A stretch of 64,000 nt of DNA from Candidatus Multivoradales bacterium (GCA_965223325.1 CBDCWI010000002.1:32001-96000); one strand, 5' to 3'. Shown: positions 26,929 through 36,899, counted from the stretch's first letter. Made by a program: numbers and translations. The notes: generated by a model not told the origin, from the sequence alone.

Positions 26929-29154
26929 ATGGCCTCGCGCTCAAAGTTCTGGTCGCGCCTGAAGGGTGACTTCACCTCTGCCGGGGATCTCTACTACCGC
27001 GAGGGGGAAATCACCAAGGCCGCCGAGATGTATTCGAAGGCCGGGAACATCCTGCAGGCTGCCGAGGTGTGCGGCGAGGCTGGGATGATCGACGAGGCGG
27101 TGGCGTACTTCCTGGAGGCAGGCGAGAACCGCAAGGCTGGTGAACTCCTGGCGACAGCCAAGCGACCGCGTGAGGCGCTGCCGCTGCTCGAGAAGGCCGG
27201 TGCCTGGTGGAAGGCAGCCGAGGTCGCCTCGGCACTCGGCGATCACGGGCGCGCCGGTCGTTTGTTCAAGCGTGCGAATCGCATGGAAGAAGCGGCTGAT
27301 GCTTTCGAACGGTCAGGCGATCTCGACGCGGCGCTGGTGCTGTGGAAGAAGGAGTCCGAACGCTTGTCGCGCGACACGAACTCGGGTGCAGATGCACTCG
27401 AGCGGCGTCGCAAGATCGACGAACGCCGCGCGCTCGCCATGGCACAGGTGGGGCGCGTCGAAGATGCGGCCGAAATCCTCCGCGGGGTCGGAATGCACGA
27501 GCAGGTCGGTGCCTTGCTCGAGCGTCTGGGGCGCTACGACGAGGCCGCCACCGCCTACCTCGAAGCCAATCTCAATCAGCGCGCTCGACGAGCCCTCGAG
27601 CGCGCCGGTGGTCTCGACAAGCGTACCCAGGCTGAGATCTACCAGCGGGCCGGGGAGTACAAGCGCGCCGCGCTGTTGTGGCGCGACATCGGTGAGCTGG
27701 GCGACGCCGCCGAGGCTTTCGAGGCGGCGGGCGAATGGCAAGAAGCCGCGATCACCTGGGAGCAGGACGAGGACCCCGCGCGCGCTGCCGAGCTCTTCTA
27801 TCGCGCCGGCTACCGTGCCGACGCCGCCCGCTGCTACGCCAGGGCCAACGATCATCGCCTGGCTGCCGAGACCTTTGCCGACGTCGGCGATCATCAGTCG
27901 GCGGCCCGCTCGTACCAGCAGGTCGGTCGGCACCTGCGCGCTGCCCAGCACTTCCTGAAGGCGGGCGACCGTCCGGCTGCGGCAGAGACTCTGCAAGAGA
28001 TCAGCCCGGATGATCCGTCGTTCGAGCACGCGACGCTCTTGTTGGTACCGCTCCTGCTCGAGGAACGCCTCTTCGAAGGGGCCCTGCATCGTCTCAAGAT
28101 GCTCTCGAAAGATGCCTCGACGAGTACCTTCGCGGTCGAGCGGCTGTACTGGGAGGGGCGCATCCACGACGCTCAGGGAGACCTCCTGGCCGCCGAGCAG
28201 AGCTACCAGCGGGCGGCCGGGCTGAGGCGCGAGCACCGCGACCTGACGGCGCGTCTGATCAGCCTCCGGCAACGGATGAAGCGCGCCGGCATCGAGCCGG
28301 GCTCACGACCGCAGCACGGCGTCATCCCAGGGGTGCTGGACTCGGGCACCGTACTGCTCGATCGGTACGAGGTTCTCGAGGAGATTGGCCGTGGCGGGAT
28401 GGGCCGCGTGTACCGAGCGCGTGACCGTCAGCTCAACGCCGACATCGCCGTCAAGACCCTGATCCCGCGCCAGAGCGACAAGTTGAACTCACCGGCACGC
28501 ATGCGGCGGGAGGTGCAGATTTGCCGCAAGATCTCTCATCGCCACGTGGTGCGGGTCTTTGACATCCATGACTTCGCCGGCTGGCAGTTCGTCACCATGG
28601 AGTTGCTCGACGGCACGACGCTCGACCACGAGATTCAGTCGGGTCGTCGGATCGAGCTCGATCGGGCACGCGCCATGTTCATCGAGATCCTGAGCGGTCT
28701 GACCGCGGCACATGCGCTCAAGGTCATTCACCGCGACCTCAAACCGGCCAACATCGCATTGACCAGTAGTGGTGCCAAGATCATGGACTTTGGCATCGCC
28801 CACCTCGAAGATGCCGATGTCAGCCTGACCCAGACCGGTCAGGTCGTCGGCTCACCGATGTACATGTCGCCCGAGCAGATTCAGGGGCTGCCGCTCGACG
28901 TGCGAACCGACCTCTACAGCTTTGGTGTCCTTGCCTTTACGACCTTGGCTGGGCGCGAGCCCTTCACCGGCAAGACCGCAACGCAGATTTCGCTCAAGCA
29001 TCTCCAGGAACCCGTACCCAGTGTCCTGGCGCATCGTCCCGAAGCGGACCCGGCGTGGGACGCCTTCCTGCAGCAGTTGCTGGCGAAGAAGCCGGAGCAA
29101 AGGTACCCTAACGCCCACGCCGTGCTCGAAGCGATCCAAGTGCTCTTGGTCTGA
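26929..29154 (+). CDS. TPR-repeat Ser/Thr protein kinase
   Basis: N-terminal TPR/SNAP-like repeats; 'GRGGMGRVY', 'AVK', 'HRDLKPAN', 'DFG', 'YMSPEQ'. Confidence 0.92.
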   Translation: MASRSKFWSRLKGDFTSAGDLYYREGEITKAAEMYSKAGNILQAAEVCGEAGMIDEAVAYFLEAGENRKAGELLATAKRPREALPLLEKAGAWWKAAEVASALGDHGRAGRLFKRANRMEEAADAFERSGDLDAALVLWKKESERLSRDTNSGADALERRRKIDERRALAMAQVGRVEDAAEILRGVGMHEQVGALLERLGRYDEAATAYLEANLNQRARRALERAGGLDKRTQAEIYQRAGEYKRAALLWRDIGELGDAAEAFEAAGEWQEAAITWEQDEDPARAAELFYRAGYRADAARCYARANDHRLAAETFADVGDHQSAARSYQQVGRHLRAAQHFLKAGDRPAAAETLQEISPDDPSFEHATLLLVPLLLEERLFEGALHRLKMLSKDASTSTFAVERLYWEGRIHDAQGDLLAAEQSYQRAAGLRREHRDLTARLISLRQRMKRAGIEPGSRPQHGVIPGVLDSGTVLLDRYEVLEEIGRGGMGRVYRARDRQLNADIAVKTLIPRQSDKLNSPARMRREVQICRKISHRHVVRVFDIHDFAGWQFVTMELLDGTTLDHEIQSGRRIELDRARAMFIEILSGLTAAHALKVIHRDLKPANIALTSSGAKIMDFGIAHLEDADVSLTQTGQVVGSPMYMSPEQIQGLPLDVRTDLYSFGVLAFTTLAGREPFTGKTATQISLKHLQEPVPSVLAHRPEADPAWDAFLQQLLAKKPEQRYPNAHAVLEAIQVLLV

Positions 29155-29258
29155 ACCCCCAGCGACACGGCCAACGACCAACGCCGGTGCGACCGGCGAG
29201 CCGAAGAGCCAGAAGGGCCAGGAGCGCCAGGAGCGCCAGGAGCCAGGAGAGACAGCGC

Positions 29259-30278
29259 ATGGCTGACATGAAGAGAGTGCTCTCAGGCATTCAACCCAGC
29301 GGTTCCCTGCACCTGGGCAACTACCTGGGGGCGGTGAAGCAGTGGGTCGAGCGCCAGGATGAACGCCACAGCTTCATCTGCATCGTGGACTTGCATGCGA
29401 TCACGGTTCCGCAAGACCCGGATTCGCTGCGCCAGAAGACCCGCGCACTCGCGGCCCAGCTCTTCGCCTGCGGTATCGACCCGATGCGCGCGACGTTGTT
29501 CGTTCAGAGTCACGTGCGCGCCCATGCCGAGGCGCAGTGGATTCTCAGTTGCGCGACACCGCTCGGTTGGCTCGAGCGCATGACGCAGTACAAGGCCAAG
29601 GCAGCCAATCAGGAGCGGGTGAGCACCGGGTTGTTGACCTATCCGGTACTCCAGGCCGCTGACATTCTGCTCTACGATCCGGACGAAGTGCCGGTGGGCG
29701 AAGACCAGAAGCAGCACATCGAACTGGCGCGCGACGTGGCGGCGCGCTTCAACCACCGTTTCGGCGACACCTTCCGGATTCCCGAGCCAGTGATTCCGGA
29801 GGTCGGCGCGCGCATCATGGGTCTCGACGATCCACTGGCGAAGATGAGCAAGAGTGCCGCCGACAATCGTGGCCACTCGATTGCACTCAACGACAGCGAC
29901 AAGGAGATCGAACGCACCTTCAAGCGGGCGGTCACCGATTCGGGGCGCGAGATCGTATGGAGCGATGAGCCGGAGAAGGCTGGGGTGAACAATCTGCTGT
30001 CGATCTACCGCGCACTCACCGGCAAGAGCCCGGAACAATCGCTCGCCGACTTCGCCGATGCGCGGGGCTACGGAGATCTGAAGATGCGGGTTGCCGAGGT
30101 CGTCATCGAGACCCTGGCGCCGATTCGTGAACGCTACGAGGCGCTGCTCGATGACCCGGCCGAACTCGATCGTCTGCTCGATCAAGGCGCCGAAAGTGCG
30201 CGCGCGGTCGCTGAGCCGATGGTTGCGAAGATGAAGGATCGGGTCGGATTTCTCAGACCGGGGCGTACCGACCGTTGA
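29259..30278 (+). CDS. trpS: Tryptophan--tRNA ligase
   Basis: 'SGIQPSGSLHLGNY', 'YPVLQAADIL', 'VPVGEDQKQHIE', 'KMSKS'. Confidence 0.97.
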   Translation: MADMKRVLSGIQPSGSLHLGNYLGAVKQWVERQDERHSFICIVDLHAITVPQDPDSLRQKTRALAAQLFACGIDPMRATLFVQSHVRAHAEAQWILSCATPLGWLERMTQYKAKAANQERVSTGLLTYPVLQAADILLYDPDEVPVGEDQKQHIELARDVAARFNHRFGDTFRIPEPVIPEVGARIMGLDDPLAKMSKSAADNRGHSIALNDSDKEIERTFKRAVTDSGREIVWSDEPEKAGVNNLLSIYRALTGKSPEQSLADFADARGYGDLKMRVAEVVIETLAPIRERYEALLDDPAELDRLLDQGAESARAVAEPMVAKMKDRVGFLRPGRTDR

Positions 30279-30323
30279 CCATGTGAGACCTTGTGGCCCC
30301 GGGCCCCTGGGCTCGGCGATGAC

Positions 30324-31613
30324 TCAGCGGTAGGAGGCGACCAGGCGCTCGAGCCGGTCGAGCCCCTTCTCGAGCGACTCCCGGGCGGACCCGAAGGAGA
30401 AGCGAGAGAAGCTCTGGTAGCGCGTGCCCGCACGTCGCCGGCCGGGATTGACGTCGAAGAACCCGCCCGGCACCGTGATGACCTTCACCTCGAGCGCCTT
30501 CTCGAAGAAGCGCATGCCGTCGTCGAGCGGCAGCGGAAGCTCGCTCAAATCGCCCCAGACGTAGAACGCTCCGGTTGGTTCGTGAGTCACGACCACGCCA
30601 ATCTCCCGCAGGCGATCGACCATCAAGCGCCTCTTGGCGTGGAACTCCCTCTGGATGGCGCGCGTCTCGGCGAGGGTGGTGGCGGGATCGAGCAGCTCTG
30701 CCGCCTGGCGCTGGAACGGGTGGTTGGCGCCACCATCGAGAAACGAACCGGCGCTCGAGACCTGATCGATCAAGGTCCGGGGCCCGACCGTCCAACTCAA
30801 GCGCCAGCCAGGGTAGCGCCAGTTCTTGGTCAAACCGTCGACCATCACCACCGGGTCCTTTTCGATGTCTTCGACGTAGCGCGCGGCAGAGACGGTTGGT
30901 GGGTCGGTCTCGTCGTCGGCCTTGCCGTCGCCGTAGACATAGTGCGAGTAGAATTCGTCGAGGATCAGGGCGCTTTCGCACTCGCGCGCGGTTTCGACCC
31001 AGGCGTTGAGGTCTTCGCCAGCCACGACCTGGCCGGTGGGGTTGCATGGATTGCTCGCCAGGATGGCCGACAGGCCGCGCCCGACGATCTCTTCGCGCAG
31101 TTGGGCGGCGGAAGCGCGGTAGCCGGATTGCGGGTCGAGCAGAATGGGGATGGGGACAAAGCCTTTGAACGCGGAGAGCAGTTCTTCGTAGGCGGTGTAG
31201 TCGGGAATGAAGTGGCCGAGGTTGACTTCAGCCATCGACGCCACCAGGCGGGTCACCGAGGTGCGGCCGCCGCCGGCGATGGCCACGTTCTCGGCGCTGT
31301 ACTGGGCGGGCAGTCCACGCCGGTAACGACGGTTGTAGAGCTGCGCGACGCGGTCGCGAAGATCCATTGAACCGGCGACCGGACCGTAGGCGAGCTCACT
31401 GGGATCGACCGACAGGTTCTCGAGGCGCGGCGGAGCTCCCGGGAGGTCACCGGTTTCGGGAGAGCCCTGGCCGAGGTTCGTCCACTGGTCGTCGCCGCGC
31501 TGATAGCCGGCCTGGCCGGCGCGATGCATGACGTAGATGACGCCGGTGCGCGGCACTGCGCGAAAGCCGGGCAGCGGGCGTTGTCGGCGGAGGTTCTGTT
31601 GAGAATCGTTCAT
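30324..31613 (-). CDS. PLP-dependent aminotransferase class I/II
   Basis: 'SNPCNPTG', 'DEFY', 'GLTKNWRYPGWRL'. Confidence 0.9.
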   Translation of the reverse strand: MNDSQQNLRRQRPLPGFRAVPRTGVIYVMHRAGQAGYQRGDDQWTNLGQGSPETGDLPGAPPRLENLSVDPSELAYGPVAGSMDLRDRVAQLYNRRYRRGLPAQYSAENVAIAGGGRTSVTRLVASMAEVNLGHFIPDYTAYEELLSAFKGFVPIPILLDPQSGYRASAAQLREEIVGRGLSAILASNPCNPTGQVVAGEDLNAWVETARECESALILDEFYSHYVYGDGKADDETDPPTVSAARYVEDIEKDPVVMVDGLTKNWRYPGWRLSWTVGPRTLIDQVSSAGSFLDGGANHPFQRQAAELLDPATTLAETRAIQREFHAKRRLMVDRLREIGVVVTHEPTGAFYVWGDLSELPLPLDDGMRFFEKALEVKVITVPGGFFDVNPGRRRAGTRYQSFSRFSFGSARESLEKGLDRLERLVASYR

Positions 31614-31728
31614 CGAAGGTCTGCGGGCGGCGGGCTAGAGCTTCGTCGCCGCGGGCGACGAATGGTAACCGACCGCCGGCGATTCTGGCGATCTTCGACG
31701 GTCTAGAACGGTCCCGTCTCTGCCGCCC

Positions 31729-32778
31729 TCAGACCTCGATCGCGGCCGCTGGGCGCAGTTTCTGCCAGCTCGCCTGGCGGCGCAGTTCGCGTGCACGGGC
31801 GGCGATCGTTCGGCCGGTATCGCGTTGCCAGGCCAGGCGCACGGGCTCGGCGACTCGCGCCCAGTGCTGCTCGTGGTCGCGGCGGGTGGCGGCGACCGCA
31901 CGATCGAAGCCCGCGACGGCCAGGTGAGTGCTTGCGGCGTGCGGATCGCAGTCAGCCAGGGCGACCGCTGCGACGAGCAGGTGCAGAAGCTCTTCGTGGG
32001 CTTCTTCCGGCCATTCGAACTCAACGGCCCGTCGCAGGGTGTAGGCGAGAAGGGCAGCGGCGATATAGAGATCTTCGATGAGCCGGAATGGTTTGACTCC
32101 CGCCAGCCAACCGTCGCCATCCCAGACCTCCTCTGTTTGGACTTCGACCCCGTCGAGGGTGATGATGGCGTGCTCGATCTCGGGTTGTACGGCATGGTCT
32201 GAGTCAGAGTCCCGAGAGTCGGAGTCCATGGGCGTGATGTCGATGCCGGAACGGTCCGTCGGCACCACGGCCAGGCGCAGCTGGTTGCGGCCGAACACCC
32301 AACCCTCCGTCGCCAGCACCACCAGCCAGTCGGCGGCTGGCGCCAACGTTGCCCAGCGCTTTTCGCCGTCGAGCACCAGTCCGGTCCCGTCGGCGTGGGG
32401 TGCGGCCGTCAGGCTGGTCTTGATGGTGCGCGGGTGGGCGCCCCGGTCTTCGGTGGCACACATGGCATAGAGGTCACTCCCAGGCCGCCGTCCCAGCACA
32501 CGGCAGATGGCATGTTGGTGGCCGGCGAGGGTGGCCCAGGCGACGCGGTCGGCACTGGCGGCGGCAAGAATCGCCCCGACAACAAGCGGGTCATCACTCG
32601 CGGTGTTCGCGGCGGGCTGAAGGGCCCACCAGGCTCGTGGGGCGTCGGGGGCTTCGCGATCAACGAGAGGAGGCGCGCTAGCGGCCGTCCACAGACGGGT
32701 CAACCAGGTTGCGGCGCCCCGGTCCGTGTCGCTCGGGGAGGAGGGCCTGGGTTCTCGGTTGCTAGTACCCCGTACCAT
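31729..32778 (-). CDS. Acyl-CoA dehydrogenase-like protein (5' end interrupted by MITE; inferred native start ATG 32931)
   Basis: 'AMCATE', 'LDGEKRWAT', 'KPFRLIED'; current ATG lies inside the MITE inverted repeat. Confidence 0.7.
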   Translation of the reverse strand: MVRGTSNREPRPSSPSDTDRGAATWLTRLWTAASAPPLVDREAPDAPRAWWALQPAANTASDDPLVVGAILAAASADRVAWATLAGHQHAICRVLGRRPGSDLYAMCATEDRGAHPRTIKTSLTAAPHADGTGLVLDGEKRWATLAPAADWLVVLATEGWVFGRNQLRLAVVPTDRSGIDITPMDSDSRDSDSDHAVQPEIEHAIITLDGVEVQTEEVWDGDGWLAGVKPFRLIEDLYIAAALLAYTLRRAVEFEWPEEAHEELLHLLVAAVALADCDPHAASTHLAVAGFDRAVAATRRDHEQHWARVAEPVRLAWQRDTGRTIAARARELRRQASWQKLRPAAAIEV

Positions 32779-32927
32779 TGGAACGGATAGTGGCTGAGTG
32801 GATGATCGTGCTCGATATCAAGGCGTCACGACGCAGGCATATTGGTGATCTGTCTAGGAGTGACAACGCAGAGATCGAGTGCGAGGAACGCTCAGACGCT
32901 GTGCGGTTCAATGGTACGGGGTACTAG
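32762..32927. mobile_element. MITE copy 1 (166 bp including CTAG ends)
   Basis: Perfect 19-bp terminal IR CTAGTACCCCGTACCATTG / CAATGGTACGGGGTACTAG; close second copy at 51370; empty site reconstructs a SD-ATG gene start. Confidence 0.85.
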
Positions 32928-33045
32928 TCATCGGGGCTCCGGAGGGCGGTACTCGCTCGAGTGTTGCATGTGCCAACAAAGCGACGTCCGAGCGCTATCA
33001 TCCTATGATGCTAGGCGTTCCTCTGGGCCTCGAAGTCGCTGCGAG

Positions 33046-34425
33046 ATGACCGCCCACGACAAAGTCTCCGCCCGTTGGTACGTCGCCTGGACCTTGGTTT
33101 GGCTGGTGGCGACCCTGGGCTTCGCGCTGCTGGTCGCCGGCTGCCAGGTCAAGAGTCTGCCGGCTGAAACAAGGGTAGCCAGGGCGAGCGAAGGCCCGGT
33201 GACGATTCTGCTGGTGACCGTCGAGGGGCTCGGTCCGGCGGCGCTCGCCGACCCCAGGGTGATGCCGTTTCTCGTCGACACTGCGGGTGTCCAGCAGTGG
33301 TCGGTGGCAGTCCTGCCGTGCCCTGATCCGCAGGTGGCGATGGCCGGGATCCTCACCGGCGTCGAACCGTGGCGACTCGGCATTGTCGGTCGACCGTCTG
33401 AGTACCTCTCCGAGCACTACAGGACGCTTCCTGAGATTCTCCGAGACCGTGGCTGGCAAACCACGGCGGTGACCGGTTCCGAGGGTCTTGGTAGTCATGG
33501 TCTGGTGCAGGGAATCGAACGTTCCGACCACTACGACGCGCTGCCGGCGATGTTGGAGGCGCTTCTCAAGTTCGATCCCGAGCGGTCGGTCTTTGCCTGG
33601 GCGCATCTGGCAAGGGCTGCGCCGCCGTGGCGCATCGACCGCGACCGTGCGGCGGCCCTCGAGGCAGCCGGCGCCTTGCCGGTGCCCGCCTCGTCGCTGC
33701 CACGTCGGCTGAGGGCGCAGAATCCTGCGACCTCGAAGCAGAGCGTCCGTCGGCTCGAGCACGCCATGTACCTGAACGGTCTGGCGGTCGTCGATGCGCA
33801 GATCCGTGCGATCAGCGAGGCTGGAGAAAGCCGACTTGCGCACCAGGCGGGCATGGATAGCAGCCGACCGGCGCGCCTGGTCGTCGCGGTGGTGGGAACA
33901 CGAGGAGCCGACTTCGGAGCGCACTCCTCGGTTCCCCAGCGCTCGGCAGCCAACGCGGGCATCCTGGCGCGGCGCGAATCCGTCGAGGTGGTTTATGGGT
34001 CTCTGCCTGGCTCGCTGGCGGAGAGCTCCCTGATCGAGACCGGGGTCCGCCGCTCGACGGACGCGGTTTTCCCGTTGCTGCTCGAGGCTGCCGGAGAGTC
34101 AGTACCGCCGCGCGTCCTGGCGGCTTCTCCGTGGCAGCGCTCCGCATGCGTGACCGACGAGGGCGTGCTCGAGGTCGCTGCCCGACGAGGCGGTCTGCGG
34201 GCGGGCCGCCGGGGTCCCGAAGGCCCGGTGTGGTTCGAAGACTGGGACGATGAGACCTTCATCCCGCCAGCCGTTCCCGGTCAGCGGTTCGCGGCCCACC
34301 TCGAGGTTCTCTCGGCACTCGATGCCGCGATTGCGGCTCCCGGGGTCGGGCGGTCGCTCCCTGAGGACACGACGGCCGCAGAAGCTCGCCAACGCATGGT
34401 GGATGCCGCCGTTCGCAACGAGTGA
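33046..34425 (+). CDS. Sulfatase/alkaline phosphatase-superfamily protein, degenerate; putative lipoprotein
   Basis: 'LLVAGC' lipobox, 'ILLVTVEGL', 'ILTG..P..LG', 'TLPEILRDRGWQT', 'FAWAHL..PPW'. Confidence 0.6.
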   Translation: MTAHDKVSARWYVAWTLVWLVATLGFALLVAGCQVKSLPAETRVARASEGPVTILLVTVEGLGPAALADPRVMPFLVDTAGVQQWSVAVLPCPDPQVAMAGILTGVEPWRLGIVGRPSEYLSEHYRTLPEILRDRGWQTTAVTGSEGLGSHGLVQGIERSDHYDALPAMLEALLKFDPERSVFAWAHLARAAPPWRIDRDRAAALEAAGALPVPASSLPRRLRAQNPATSKQSVRRLEHAMYLNGLAVVDAQIRAISEAGESRLAHQAGMDSSRPARLVVAVVGTRGADFGAHSSVPQRSAANAGILARRESVEVVYGSLPGSLAESSLIETGVRRSTDAVFPLLLEAAGESVPPRVLAASPWQRSACVTDEGVLEVAARRGGLRAGRRGPEGPVWFEDWDDETFIPPAVPGQRFAAHLEVLSALDAAIAAPGVGRSLPEDTTAAEARQRMVDAAVRNE

Positions 34426-34436
34426 GGTTGCTGGCG

Positions 34437-34949
34437 GTGCCGATCTACGAGTTTTACTGCAGCAACTGCCATACCCAGTACAGCTTCTTCTCCTCTGCTG
34501 TCGAGCCGGAGCGCCAGGCTCGGTGTCCCAAAGACCGCGTAACGGTGCTCGAGCGCCGACCTTCGAGCTTCGCGATGCGCGTCGGGCGCACCCACGCAGG
34601 CGAGGCCGACGACGAGTTGGCGATTCTCGATGGTCTCGATGAGACAGCGGTCAGCGGTGCGCTCGAGGTCCTGGCCGACGAGATCGAGGGCGCTGCGGCA
34701 GCAGAAGACCCACGGCGGATCGGCGAGGCTTTGAGTCGCTTCGGCGAACTCACCGGGCTGCGGCTCGGCGATCGCATGCAGGAAGCGCTGGCACGTCTCG
34801 AGGCTGGCGAGGACCTCGAGGCCATCGAGAGTGACCTCGACGCTGGCGTCGAGGACGACGAAGACCTCAGTGAGTTCTTCGAGTTCAGTCGTCGGCGAAG
34901 AGGGCGCCGACCGCGCGTCGACCCGGAGCTCTACTTCTTCGACGACTGA
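34437..34949 (+). CDS. FmdB-family zinc ribbon protein
   Basis: '(M)PIYEFYCSNC..CP', C-terminal 'PRVDPELY'. Confidence 0.8.
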   Translation: MPIYEFYCSNCHTQYSFFSSAVEPERQARCPKDRVTVLERRPSSFAMRVGRTHAGEADDELAILDGLDETAVSGALEVLADEIEGAAAAEDPRRIGEALSRFGELTGLRLGDRMQEALARLEAGEDLEAIESDLDAGVEDDEDLSEFFEFSRRRRGRRPRVDPELYFFDD

Positions 34950-35003
34950 GCGGGGCACGATGGCAATGGTCCAGACCTGCGGTTTGCCGGCAGGGGTGTG
35001 GCG

Positions 35004-35903
35004 CTACTCTGAGATCGCGGCGGGGACCCCGGCAGCGCGCGCCAGCGCATCGGCGGCGCGTTCGACGAGATCGCGCGGGCGCGCCGTGTCCTCGTTCCAT
35101 TCCGCCACACCGACGACCAACTCGAGGTCTGCTGACAGTGGCGCGATCTGGTTCTGCAGTCGCGCGGCGAGCGACTTGGAGGCGCTCCTGTCGGTGAACG
35201 GTGAGACGACCAGGAAGTGGTCGGGTCCGTGCTGGGAGATCAGATCGGTGGCGCGCACCGAGGCCTCGAGTCGGCTGCTGATTTCGCGCATCGTGGCCTC
35301 GGGGATCTTGTCGCCCGAAGCGGCACGCGGCGAGGCCAGAAGGCAGACCAGCGGTACGCCGTAGCGCCGCGCCATTTCGATCGACTGCTCGAGACGCCGC
35401 AGGGAGTAGGCCTCCTGTGCCGTCGGTCCCGCTCCCGTCCCAGGTTGTTTTCCGGAGTCGCCACCAGCGAACATCTGCTGCTCTCTTCGACGGACCTCCT
35501 GGCGCAGGCGAGCAAGCCGGGCGTTGGCGTCGTCGAGTCGCGAGAGGTTGTGGAGTGCGCGTTCGACGTCGAACTTCGATAGCTTTCCGGCGGGGAGGAC
35601 GTCCCAGGGTCCCGACCACTCGAGCTCGAGCGCCCGCTTGATCGAGCGCCGGTCGCTGACCACCAGCGCCGGGCAACCAGGCCTCAGGCGGCGAAGGGCA
35701 GAGAAGGCATCGTCGGCCTCGCCCAGTGCAACCACCACGAGGGTATGGCGCTCGAGGCGCGGGTCGTGGGGCTCCATGGAGCTGGCGTCTTCGAGGACGA
35801 ACACTTCGGGGCGCTTGCCGCTTTGCGCTTCGAGCACCCGGACGAGCGCATCGGTGGTCTCCCGTTCGACGCCAAGGCTCGCGATGTGGCTGTAGTTCTT
35901 CAC
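35004..35903 (-). CDS. Receiver-like plus degenerate GGDEF domain protein
   Basis: 'RATD-LISQH-GPDHF' (I-site intact, active site degenerate), 'LVERAADAL..A'. Confidence 0.7.
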   Translation of the reverse strand: MKNYSHIASLGVERETTDALVRVLEAQSGKRPEVFVLEDASSMEPHDPRLERHTLVVVALGEADDAFSALRRLRPGCPALVVSDRRSIKRALELEWSGPWDVLPAGKLSKFDVERALHNLSRLDDANARLARLRQEVRRREQQMFAGGDSGKQPGTGAGPTAQEAYSLRRLEQSIEMARRYGVPLVCLLASPRAASGDKIPEATMREISSRLEASVRATDLISQHGPDHFLVVSPFTDRSASKSLAARLQNQIAPLSADLELVVGVAEWNEDTARPRDLVERAADALARAAGVPAAISE

Positions 35904-36046
35904 AGACCCTCTAAGGGTAACGAAGGTGAGGGCCTCTGCCTATCGGCGGTCCTTACCGCAAGGCGCTCCGCCGACGACAACGGGCGCTGGCGCCGGCCAG
36001 AGCAGAAGGGCGAGTGGGCGGGGGCCTACGCTATATTCGGCGGCCC

Positions 36047-36877
36047 ATGAACGCCCCCCACAGTGGCCCTCAGGGTGCTGGTCGGAGTGCCTCCGGCCAC
36101 GCCAGAGGCGCCGGTCTCCATCCCATCGAGGCGACCGCTCTCCATGCGCGGCGCGAGCGGGTCTTCATAGTGTTGGCGGGAATGTTCATCGGTTCGATGG
36201 CGATGCTCAACATTCTGGGCGTGACGCGTTTTCTCGACCTTGGGTTTGAGATCTTCGGCGTCGAGGTGCCGATGCCCCTGGCGATTGGCGTTCTGCCCTA
36301 TCCGCTGACCTTCCTATGCACCGACTTGATTTCCGAGATCTACGGGCAGAAGCGAGCCAACTCAGTGGTCTGGGTGGGGTTCCTGGTCAACGCCTGGCTG
36401 GCTTTCATTCTCTGGCTGGGTGGCGCGCTCCCGGGGTTCGACGAACCGGTCGCCGACGCAGCAGGCAGGTTGCCTCTGTTCTTCGAGATTCGGGTCCTGA
36501 CGTTGGGCTCGATCGCTGCGTCGATGATCGCGTACCTCACGGCGCAGCTCTGCGACGTCCACCTCTTCCATTTCTGGAAGAATCTCACCCGCGGCCGTCA
36601 CCTCTGGCTTCGCAACACGGCTTCGACAGTGGTTTCGCAGTTCGTCGACACCTTTGCGGTGATCACCATCACGCATTTCTGGGCTGGCGCCCTACCGATC
36701 GATCATGCCTTGCCAGAATGGCCACAGCTGTGGGTCTTCATTCTGACCGGCTACGTCTTCAAATTCCTGGCAGCGCTTTTCGACACGTTGCCGTTCTATC
36801 TCGGCACCAGTTGGCTCAGCCGCTACCTCGAGATCGACCCGAACCTAGAGTTCCGAACCGCCAACGGAGGGTGGTGA
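36047..36877 (+). CDS. yhhQ: Queuosine precursor transporter (YhhQ/VUT family)
   Basis: 'PLTFLCTDLISEIYG', 'ASMIAYL.AQ..DV', 'LWLRN.AST.VSQFVDT', 'ALFDT'. Confidence 0.88.
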   Translation: MNAPHSGPQGAGRSASGHARGAGLHPIEATALHARRERVFIVLAGMFIGSMAMLNILGVTRFLDLGFEIFGVEVPMPLAIGVLPYPLTFLCTDLISEIYGQKRANSVVWVGFLVNAWLAFILWLGGALPGFDEPVADAAGRLPLFFEIRVLTLGSIAASMIAYLTAQLCDVHLFHFWKNLTRGRHLWLRNTASTVVSQFVDTFAVITITHFWAGALPIDHALPEWPQLWVFILTGYVFKFLAALFDTLPFYLGTSWLSRYLEIDPNLEFRTANGGW

Positions 36878-36899
36878 GTGGTGGCACGAAGGAGAAACA

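Noticed and set aside
29155-29258. T-box or TRAP (MtrB) attenuator before trpS
   Set aside because: No T-box motif, leader too short, and GAG spacing does not fit TRAP repeats.
32842-33045. N-terminal extension of the sulfatase-like ORF as given in the track
   Set aside because: It starts inside the MITE; the signal-peptide-bearing start at 33046 is more plausible.
35904-36046. preQ1 riboswitch upstream of yhhQ
   Set aside because: No preQ1 hairpin or A-rich tail; a TATATT -10-like box lies ~10 nt before the ATG, implying a very short leader.
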